Shown in pieces: positions 39,701-51,700 of a DNA stretch of 64,000 nucleotides (the first letter of the stretch is position 1; every line of letters begins with the position of its first letter). The stretch covers positions 749,846 to 813,845 of the forward strand of contig NMRA01000004.1 of NCBI GenBank assembly GCA_002633005.1, given 5' to 3'. The notes beneath the pieces are model-generated. The model searched no databases, was not told the DNA's origin, and saw nothing but the letters and a program-made list of their open reading frames with translations. The stretch is from Phoronis australis. Its lineage: Eukaryota > Animalia > Phoronida. The translations under genes were made by a program, and so were the position numbers.

Positions 39701-42700
39701 CATGCCTGCGACCACCTATTACAGTGCCTCTAGGTTTAGACTCGACTAATAGAGTAACTTAACTGTAATGAATACGTCACCTGTGATATATTTTCTCTTC
39801 AATAGTGCCTGCAGTCAGCAGTCGGTAAATAGTCACGTGTCGGTCTTGACCAATCCTCCATGATCTTTCCCGTGCCTGGACATCCGTACTTGGGTTCCAG
39901 TCAGGGTCAAAGATGATAATGCGATTGGCTCCAGTCAAGTTGACACCCAGTCCGCCAACACGAGTTGTGAGAAGGAACACAAACAATGATGCATCCTGCG
40001 AAAACAGTTATGTTAATAGGCTATGTTTTCCACAAAGGTTAACGATGCCACCAAATTACCTACGTAATATCGACACCGTTTTTTTAACTTATAACAGTAC
40101 CCAAAATCATTAAAATCATTGAAAATTGGCATACTTATTCCATCTGGCCCATTGATATTTCTTTTCAGGCTTAAACAACCTTTTTCAGTGATTAAAGGCA
40201 CACGATTATCATAGGAACAAATTTTGAAAACCAATTATATTCTGTTGAAACTAGAAACTTTTAAAAAGTTTCTGTTTTTAACTATCGGTTAAAACATTTC
40301 AAACAGCACATCAAGTCTGATGCTTTATTTCATAATGTTTACAAGACAGGCCCCTCACCGAGTTGAACTGGTTGATGAGCCTTTGACGAGATGATACAGG
40401 TGTGGACCCGTCCAGTCTCAGGTAAGAGTATTCTTGTGTCAGAACAAACTTCTCTAACAGATTCAACATCTAGACAGACAACAATTAAAACTTGTGTTAC
40501 TAAAAACAATCTGCACTTGTAACAGAGCAGGGATTTGAAGGAATTTCAGGCAAGAAAACCCAGAATTCCCAGTCAGAATGACTGGGATGGAGCTGAATTC
40601 AGTGTCAGAGTAGTCTTCCCTTGTGACCGAGAATGAAGGCAAGTTAGAAAAGTGGCTAAGTCGCTCTGTAATTAGAATTTTGTCAACATATTGGTCATTA
40701 CCAGTAATTTTTACTGTTAACATAATTAGCCATCATGAGGGAAGATAATCAGATAACTTTCCAAACAGTAAGTTGGAAGCCAATAGCAGAAGAATATTTT
40801 CAAATTTAGAAAATCATTCCCTATGTTTTAATTAAAACTTCTATGGTTAAAGCAAATTGATATGCAACAATCAAAGAGGCCATAAAATCATGTTGCGTTC
40901 AAGAAACAAACCTTTGATTTACACCCCTTACCTCTACAAAAAGTGGTCACAAATCGTTCCTTACTAAGATGAGAAGTGATGTCTAGGTTTGCAGAAAGTG
41001 ACAGTTTGTTATTTCTTGAGTCTATGCTTCACACACAAAATGGCTGGTCATGAGAAGTCAACTTGTAGTGCTAGTCTTAAGCAACAAAGTAGCGTCAGTC
41101 ATTACGAACCCCTAAAATCACCTCCGATTTGACACCAATTCTAAAATGGTTAATGGACGCTGTTTTGTGATGGAAAGCCGGTTTATAGTTGGAAAACATT
41201 TGAGTGCATACAGCAGCTATTCCATGGAAAATTTCGCGAAAAATGCCTCGATGAAAAATTTAACTGGACGCAGTTACAGATGGACACGGTCAACAATATT
41301 AATGTTCCACATTCATAATGCTGGCTGCAGAATACTAGTCAACACTTCATACCTGCTTGGTCTGTGTGAACAATAAAACCTTGTGATTCTGTTTCTTCCA
41401 CAGTTTCAACAAGGCTTCCACTACTATCATCTTGCCCGACCGCTTGTAATAACCATACTGTAGGGCTTCCTCTGTACTGTTCAACTCATGACAGAATAAC
41501 TTGGGACCGCCTGTACTTAGATCTGGGTGGTTGCAAATTTTCCTCAGCATGATCAGTCCAGGAAATATCTGGAACAAGTCATTAAACAGTAAGTTACTTA
41601 GAGTGGCTATAAACTTGCTTTTAGTCCCATGAGTCAACTTCTGATTCAGACCACTTATCATTAAGAAATTGGTTCCTTATTCAAGATTTCAGAGTTCAAA
41701 AGATCTGTCACTTCATTAATACTTGAATTCAAGCTTTACAAGCTGACTCGTCACTGCCATTTAATGGTGAAGCATAGTTTTAACAAATAGCTGCCGTCCT
41801 TTGCAAACTCTGAAATCATTTGTTCTCTGAATAAGGACACCAAATTTATAGTGGTAAGAGGTCCCAATCAAAAAATTACTTTTTGAGCAGAACACTGTTT
41901 TACTGCCACTTTAAAAGTCAACACATATACAAGTTCTGTGATTCGAAAATGGACTTGTAAGTTGTCTACAATGATGTAACATCTGATGTGAGCATTATTG
42001 AACCACACAGATTTTCTCAGAGGAGGCAGAAAAGTAATTTAGCCTGTTTGATGTGTTTCTCCATGTGAGTCTATAATCTTGATATAATAAAACACGGCGA
42101 CTTACCATTAACCTGCCAGACAAGATATCACTACATTCTTTGGAGGCCAAGTATTCTTTGTACACTTCTGTCTGGTTGTCAGTGAGACGACAGAATAGGA
42201 CCTAAGAGAATGCATCGTGAAATACAAGGTGTTCCAAAAATGTGCTCAAACATAAAAGTAATAACTACATTGTTTATTGACTTGGGAACAAGATTACAGG
42301 TTTAAATTCATGAAGAGGTGACAAAAAAGGAAGTTAATCAACCAAAACGAATACATTGTTTATCAATTATTCATTGTCTTTGCACTTCCTTCACATTTTT
42401 GAGTTTCCAGTAGCTTTGCACACTACATTTCTGTTATCGAAAACTCAGGCATTTGTTTGCCATTCCCATGCAACGGAGCATGTGATGACTAACAAGCCTA
42501 CTTTCATACCAAGGTGTAATCATACAGTAAGCACTGGCGCACAGTCTGATCCACGGAAACTGAATTTGAACTCTTGATGATATACCAAAGTATGAGTACA
42601 TCTTTTTGGGACATGTTGTACATGAAGTAGCTTCAAACTAAACTGAATGACAACAATTACAATCTTACAGGAAATTAACTTAAAGTGAACATAACTGGCG

Positions 42701-45700
42701 TCCTCATATAATGAAAAGACCTTTTAAGCATGAAAATTGATGTCTTACGATTTTTCGACAGTAAACTTAGTCTATTCAGTTAAATGACTAACAGAATATT
42801 AAACTCAAGATATGCCAGAGTGATATACATGTAGTTTCAATATAGCAACACAGGGCAATACACTAACATTGTGTATTTGTAATCACATAAAAAGTAAGCA
42901 TCAACGTCCAGTCCTACAGGGCACCTTCCATACAAAGCAGACAGACATTACACAGAAAGCTACCTGTTCATTTTTTGAAGGCAACTTTAAAGTGTCTTGG
43001 ACATCTGCCTTAGTCCTTCTCAACAAGTATGGGTTGATAGTATCGCGAAGAATAGAAGCACATTTGTAGGCTGTCTGCACCTAAACAAAGTAAGAAAATA
43101 ATCCTTAAAGTAACACTAGTAACACTAAAACATACAAACATGTTTTCACATAGCAGTACAGATTTGCTTCTTACACAAGAACGGGAAACTAAATACATTA
43201 TGGTACATTGTACAAGGCCGATGGTAACTATACTGTTATAATGAGAGACACTAGTTGATACAGAATCGATTACTAGTCTAGAAATAACAAAAACTGACCT
43301 GTACTTGTGAAGCATTAGCATAGCCTCCTTGTACTATAGGGACCGAGAAGTGCTCCATGAAGTCAGGCAAAGTACCAAGCTTTCCAGGGAAGATGAAGTC
43401 AATGAGGGACCATAGTTCTTTTAAGTTGTTCTGCACAGGTGACCCAGACAGTATGATGCGATGGCATGTACGAACCTGCAAAACATGTTATAACAGATTA
43501 TCAATAATGACAAACCTGATATTAAGATATTTCTGTTTTCCCAGCACTCCACTACTTCAAGATGGTTAGGTAGGTACGTAAAATGTTTGTTCTACTTTTA
43601 CCATGATCGAGCTCATTTTTCTTGCAATTTTACAACTGAGTAAAGTTGTGAGACTAATGACAGAGTGACACTCAGCTGTGTTGTATCAATTCATTTCCTT
43701 AAGCATCGTGCAATTATTACTTACTTCAAGTGTAAACTAGCTGCAAGTTTGCTGTTGGACACAAAACAATTAGTAAACATACAGAGCAATTATAAACAGC
43801 AATATCCCTCGACGATGGTTGTTTAGGAGTTGCACACATAGTAGGATTTCTCAATATGCACGTACGCATGCGAATCAAGAAGAGAGCATAGCTGAGGCAT
43901 GTACAGTCAAATCATTAAATGCCAAAGACATGACTAGTGGTCTTCATGAGAATACTGTTTTAAAGCTGTGGTTGAAATCCTTAAGAAATTTAACTCATTC
44001 CTCCCTGATCCCGCCTTATGGCGTGACTGTTTATTTTCACTCAGGGCCTGATGTCGTCTGGAGGCGTTATCTGAACAACGTATCTCACAGGCGGATCACG
44101 CCTTCAGGAGGGATAGAAGGCAGCAATTTATTGGTTTAAGTTTAAATATATCTAGGGTATTTCCAGTTTTCTATCCAATGAGGATTGAGTCACCATACTC
44201 TGTGTTAACTTCTTGTTTGTGAAGTTAGTGCCTATTGGCTATTATTTCTGGAATTTAGAACCATTTCTTCACAAGCAAATTATCAATTCAAGGAAAAACC
44301 AGGAAGCGTGTTAACTTTGTAGTGCTTGTTGTGGTAACTTTTGAAAGGTTATAGAGATGTTCCTCCCTGAAATTGTTTGATTTGAAGACTAGAATGAAGC
44401 TAATTGCCCTGAATTGTAGCCTAATTGGTATTACATAACACTGCTGTCACAACTTAATCATCTGCTAGGGTGCTCCTGTTTATTTTATTTGAACTGACCA
44501 GAAACAATAACAAAATGTTCAATTACTAGGAACATTCTACTCTGTGACTAGCACTGTGCACACACTCACTTGAAATTGCTGCCTTGATATTATACCGACA
44601 TCATCTCTGCTGTTCTCTCACAGTTCTTGAAGTTTTTATTATGGAGGATAGTGTGGATACTGATGGCACTGGTCACATTTAGATATAGACTTCAGTGATT
44701 ATGGATATGACAGTGTGGATACTTATAGCTCCAAGTGGTCAGATTTAGATACAAATTTCAGTGATCTGGATTATGATGAGGATATGCCACAATGGTAAAC
44801 TTTCGTGGCACATTTTCTGGAAATTTAAATGGATTATTTGTAAACAAATGTATTTGTTTCTGGAAAACAAAAAGTAAAACTACTTGTTCAACCCTTTATC
44901 TATATTGAACGTGGATAAATTTTATATCAACATGAAGCTCGTTTACTCAAGATGTATTGCTGAAAATTTGGTAAGTATATGTTTACTAATGACTGAGTGA
45001 TGAGGTTTTAATTATGTACAGTGCTTGTGACCTAGTTCTGAGTGAAATACCCTCCGACTTCAAGGGGGTAGACATTCCACAGCTCAGCCAGGCCACTAAG
45101 CAATTTATTTCATATGGTGCTCAGGGTCGAATGAGTTAAGAGGAGTTGTGCACAAAAGCATATTTCCCTAATTACATGACAGTTGTGTGAAAATCAAGAA
45201 CAACCTAAAATTCAGGAAAATACTTTTTAACTTGAAAATGACGATTATTCACGCAACGGGATTTCGTAAAAAACATTCTTAAATTTTGATTGAAATCCCC
45301 CAAGAAATGCAGGACAAGTTGTGCACAGAACACAGACAAAAGGACAGACATCTACCCTTACTACATTCCCTTTCCTTTGGCTGAGGATAAGAACCCTTCT
45401 TAACTGGATGAAAATACATTAAGCTTTCATTCGACAACATATGGGAAGCTGAAAACATACCACATGTACTGTTCTGCACTCTTGATGACTTATAGTCATG
45501 TTATATGATTGAAAATGTCAGATTTCTTTGGCACTCAAGTACAAAGTATAGCACACATACAAGGTAATGGTCAACTTATTAGAAAATGATGGGGTTAATT
45601 AATTCAAATTAGTACCAACTCAGAAATCACCACCACAAAAACTACAGAGCTCGTGAAACGGAATTTTTTATATATGTATGTTAAACAAAATCAGAGTTGT

Positions 45701-48700
45701 TCAAAATATTCAGCAACGGAAACTAGTGGTCGATTCTCTCCTTTTCATGCCAGAAAAACATTCCGCTGAGTCACCATCTCTCACCTGTTTACAGGCAACG
45801 GTTATCTTGGCATCAGGATTCCTGATCTTGTGGCCTTCATCCAGTATGGCATAGTGCCACTTGTACTTAAGGATCAGATCCTGGTAACCCAGCATGGTGC
45901 CATATGAGGTCACAAGTATACCATCTTCCTGAACTGTACTGTATATCAGCGACTTCTGGTAAACAATTGTATTACAATGTGTATACCATGAGCAATCTAA
46001 AATCTCTCACATTTTGGGCAGTGCAGTCACACTATATAAAACCATACATTGTATAAATCACATTTGTCACTTTTAATACTGTATTCTACAAGCCCTAAGC
46101 CAACTGTACAGTACACAAGTTGATTTGGTTGCAGCAAAATCCGATTGTAACAGAAAAAGGTGCAATTTTTATGATACTCTTTTGAGCTGAGGCTGAAAGC
46201 TTGTCCATAGATCTATATAAACTATTCCTCTAAATTTCTTATATGCCACAAGATGACATTTGCATAATTATGTTAAACAGATGAGAGAATGAGGTCCAAA
46301 AACTTTTTGGAGTTTAAAAACATCTAGACACAAAATTTGTTACATCAACTGAGAACTTCCCCCCTGAAGTGCAACACCACACCTAAAGATTGATAACTGT
46401 CACGTCATTGGCTACACATATGTAGGTATTATAAGAAAACAACAAACACGCAATGATTATAACAGTAAGAACATAACAACTCATCAATGATCATAGTTGC
46501 TTTGTTGATGTTGACAAGGACCTTAAAAAGCACAGTACCTCTGATTGCATGGAGGATCCAGACGAATGTAAGATGACAACTTTAAATGGTGGCCACCATT
46601 TGTGGAATTCTCTCACCCACTGATGCATGACAGTAGCAGGACATATAATGAGAGTCGGTCCAAGACCAGAGTACCTGCAATATAAAGAACACAATTAGCA
46701 AATACTGAAATAATGTCCAACAACTTAAGTTGTATCTAGTGAAGTTAATCAGTAAATCCATTAAACCAGAACACATTGACTTCTTAGACTGTCAACGAGT
46801 TGTTCTTTTTACACCTTAAATACAGAAAACTGCTAAACCAAGCAGACTCACCCGGTGCCTTTGTCCTTCAAATGACTGAGGCGAAGTCCAGCCAAAAATG
46901 TGATCATCTGCAGTGTTTTCCCAAGACCCATTTCATCACCCACAATACCACCAGCCTGTTGATCATGAAGCTCCCACAACCAGCGCACACCTGTTCTTTG
47001 GTACCTGAGTAGAACCAGTACCAGTAAAACATAACAACAAAATAAGCCGAGCTACATTCAGCAAGGCACAAGTTTTTTTTTTAATGTTTATTATGAAATC
47101 TTCAGAATACAATGAGTATACAGAACCCAGAAAGCGCCAAGAGGCATTAGATCTGGGTTAAAAAAATACAAAGAAGTCTACATATAATTATTATACACGA
47201 ATACATAAATAAAAAAACTGATGTTAAGATTACAGTGATATAATTACGAATGTAAATAATTTATTTTCATACACATATAAAATTCTATCCACTCACACAA
47301 AGAGATTTAATGTTATAAAGAAATTCTGATACTATTTCAAATAAAACCTTATTTTCATTTGGGTTGAGTTTTTGACATCCATATAGAAAAAATTAATTTT
47401 GTTGTACAATTGCGGAATTTCAGAATATTTTTTGTAAACGTTGAGGTATTGTTCGAGTGTTTGGAAAAGCTGTACCCTCTGCTCCTTGCATACCTCACAA
47501 GCAAAGAAAACATGAGGATATGTCTGTGCATATCCACAGGAACACAGAGGCGAAATATTATTAAAATTATGTCTAAATTTCTCGTTGTTTAGGAATAGAC
47601 CGCATCTTGATCTGTATAGGGTTATTTCATGGTTGCGAGGAAGTTGGAATGATGTTAATGGGACTGGCAAGTCTTGAGTAGTGGTATGCATTTTAAAGTT
47701 ATTTTTGAGAATGACGATTGAAGTGCTTTCGTTTATTTTGAATGGTAAGGAATTCCAGTTGTCAATACAAGTTAATATCGTTGATCTCCTGAAGGCTTGG
47801 CTGATGGAAGATGGAATAGTGTGCATATTACTTTGCCGCAGTCCTGGTCTCGTGCTTGGTCTTTTGTAGGAGTCAAAGAGGATTTTGTTAGAGTAATTGT
47901 TTGTGTTGGTTAAGACTTTGAATGTATACATGGACAGGTGGAGTTTACGACAGGTTGCTAGTTTGCTCCAGTTGAGACTATTTAGAACCTTGATTGTGTT
48001 GGACCCTTTGTATGCTCCTGTTATGGTTAAAGCTGCTTGGTATTGTAGTCTTTCTAATTGAAGAAGTATGCCAGCATTTGCCGATTGGTAGATTATGTCA
48101 CAGTAGTCTAGATGTAGAAGTACAAAAGATTTGAACAGAGTTTTGAGATGCATGGAGTTGAGAAAACGAGACATAATTCTAATTGGACTAATTAATTCTT
48201 GTACGTTATGAACGAGTTCGTGACAATGAGGAGTAAATGTAAGCTTATTGTCTAGTAGCTAGCCAAGATGTCTGTGCGTGAATTTATTGGGAATAACTTC
48301 CCCATTGAGTGGTAATTCCAGTGTTGGATTTGTTTGGAAATGAGTATTATTAGACTCAGAAAATATAAGATCAACACTTTTTTCAGGTTTAAATTTCATC
48401 TTCCATTTGTAAGACCAGTCAAAGAGTTTGTTAAGGTCAGTTTGCAATTGTAAGGAGTCATGGGGATGGTCTTTTGAGAATGGGTGGAAAATTGCAGTGT
48501 CATCAGCATATAAGAATGTTTTAGAGTTTATTGTGTCTGGAAGAGTAAGGGGCCTCGTACGCTACCCTGTGGTACTCCAGCATTTATGAAACTTGGCATT
48601 GATGAAGGTGATAAGACACCCTAAATTCGGACTTTGTAAGTTCGATTTTCCACATGAGATTTTACAAGTAAGAGGAGAGTGCCTGAGAAGCCGTAAGATT

Positions 48701-51700
48701 GTAATTTATGTAGAAGCAGGTCATGGGGAACGACATCAAAAGCTGACGCAATGTCTAAAAATATGGATCGCAGAAGTCAACAGAAACTCTTACAGTCCAT
48801 AGCATATTGAGAGGCTTTAACAAGGTATAATCACTAGTCAAAGTCATTATGTTCATGACTGCATGGTAAATTTAATCTTAATGTTGACATCAGTCTGTAA
48901 GCACCATTACTGGAGAGGACAGGCTTCAGACAATGTTATAACCATTTGGAAATAGGTTTTCTTTTAATTTGGTATTGAAAATTATCAGGTAACATAAGTG
49001 AATTTGACAAGAGCTTGCTAAAGGGCTATTGCATAACACACAACACAAGGATAGCTCAATGAAAATATCACACTCACTTGTACAATTTATTCCATAGGAC
49101 TCCTGGAACCTTAAAGCACCCATCAAATATGACATCGTCAAATTCTTGGTGACCCTTGCTAGCTAAACTGTATTTACGAGCAGCTTCTTTCTTTCGGTAC
49201 ATCCTGAAGTCAGTAACAGATGAAGATCAACTGTCGACAAAGTCGTCAACTTCGACATTCCGAATAGTACTTTTTCACTCATTAAGCACAGAATATGTCA
49301 CACACGAGTAATTACATTTCCTAAATTTCTTAACAAAAAGATCAAGAAAATTCAAGCCTCTGACTAACCCGATTTGTACTTTTTAACTGCCAAAAATAAC
49401 ATTAAGTAAACCTTCCATAATTAGCAGCACACAAGATAATGAACATTTAAACAATAGAAGCATGACAAATCTGGCAGCTGGTTTTAAGCAAAATAAGCGT
49501 ATAATTACTTTAATTAGAAAATTAAACCTCTAATTTGTAAAAGTATAATTTGGGACTTTAAAACAAAAATGACAGCAATAGTCAGATACAACGTGCCCAT
49601 GTTTTGACAACTAGTTTGATATCCGTTATTCAGTGGAGAAAATTGGCATGTTATAACTGACCATTATCTAAACGACTACCAGAATTGTTGTGTACCGGGT
49701 GACACCAAAAATACTTAAACCCACGTTCTAGCATCTTATTTATTAATAATTATTAAAAATATCACCACCAAACTTTACAAATGAAAGTTAACATGAGTGG
49801 ATGACATTTACACCAAACTACAAATGGTGAAAAAACAGTTATTAATAAACATTATATTAGTAACTTGGTGGACACCCAGTCATACCAGTTTCGATTTGTA
49901 AAGTTTCATATTGATACTTTGAGAAATTAATTAATATTTACGAAGCAAAATCTTGGGCAACAATTTAAGGTCACCCTCTACTAATCTCTCACCACCTGTC
50001 TCTAGTCAAGTAACAACTGCAGATGTCAACAACCAAAAACGTTTTAAGTGGATTTTGAAGAATACTAGCTAAAACATGCGAGATGCTTTTTCTGCCATTT
50101 TCAAGAGTTTTGTTAGTAGTAATCTGCTAACGTGGGGAATGGCAGGTTGTTGGTTAAATGTATTTTATTGACATAAGGATATTACTTGATACGCTTCCTG
50201 AAGTAATTTGGATTGCCATCATCCTTGAATCTTGACACTGAACTTTTTTCTTCTGAAAGAATCTCCAAATCGTCGACAGAACTCATTGTAGATGTTTTCC
50301 GAGTCCTCGTTCTTTTTCTCTCTTTAACTTTAGGCGACAACCTTCCTTTTTCTTCGGGCAATGAGTTGTCAGCTGAAAAAACATAACGATGATATTGGTT
50401 CAATGAAAAAAGCACGAGATAACACATTTAGTCAGGAAATCTGTCTCTTTTTCTGTTTCTCAAAAAGTGAAAAGCAAATTAAACTTAATTAGTATACAAT
50501 ACATTGCGTAAATTTATGGAGTCAGAACAGGGAATAAACAAACTAGTACGACAAAGTCAACAAATTATCACGTTTATTAGCAGACGGATGGATTTATAGG
50601 ATACTACTAACGCAGAGAGACTACTGATTAATACTCAATCTTACAATGTACGGCAAATTCTTAAAGCCTGTCCCACAATTAGCTATTTGTCTAAAACGTG
50701 AAGTTGTAGAAGTTGCAGATACGTTGCAGCCAATCCCTTAAGGGTGGACAAGCCTGTGAAGTTGCAAACTTGATGGCAAACTGACGAGCCTAGTGTCCGC
50801 AGTTAGCTCTGAGTCGTCACTCAACAGTTCCATTGCAGACATATCGCTAAGTGTGAACAGGCCTTAAGACACTATACAAACCAACATACAGTGTTCACTG
50901 CCACTCCAACTGTTCTTGAGCTCCTCCTCATCTGGTCTGTACTCTGATCCACTGTCGCTCACATCCTCGTAATCATAAGACTCGCTTCCATTCGTGACGT
51001 AAGCCATGTCATTTTGATAGCCAGGATATTCCACGCTCTTTAACAACTGTTTCCCTTTAGATGGCATCACAGCATCCTCACGATCTTTCTTGAACTTGTT
51101 TTTGAACTGTTGCTCTGTGTCCATTTTACTTCTTTTCCCTGAATGGGAGGTACCACTATTTATTGACTTTCGCTTTTTGTTCTTTATTGACTTAGAATTC
51201 TGGTCAAGCAAATACTTTTCAAAGTCAGTCACAGTAGATGAGGTAGTTGGCTGTACAACAGTATTACTGTCGTCTTGTAAGGAGGTTCCAAATGGTGTCA
51301 CCTCCCCCCTGCAGACTAGTTCATCATTACTTGAATCAACGGTACTTGCAAGTCCTAGCACCTGCTCCAAGGCTGAAACATCTGAAAAGATTTTAAACCA
51401 ATTTGATTACTAACAGTAGAAGTACAAATTCGCATAGAGTTTAATGTCCAGTGAGACCAACTGAATTAACTTCTATTTCCAACCAGTCCCTTCAACTACT
51501 GTAGCAGTTGCTTCCCCTCTGACGAGCCAAATTGCCATTAAGGAACACATTCCTCCATATGCTTAATGGGTGATAATAATAATAAAAATGATTTGAACTT
51601 TAATTTCAAAGGTGACTTCCGACAGAGTATCCGCTAAGACTCTAAATTGAATTCATAATGAAATGAATCAACAATTAAGATTCTCGCTTCAATTCATAGC

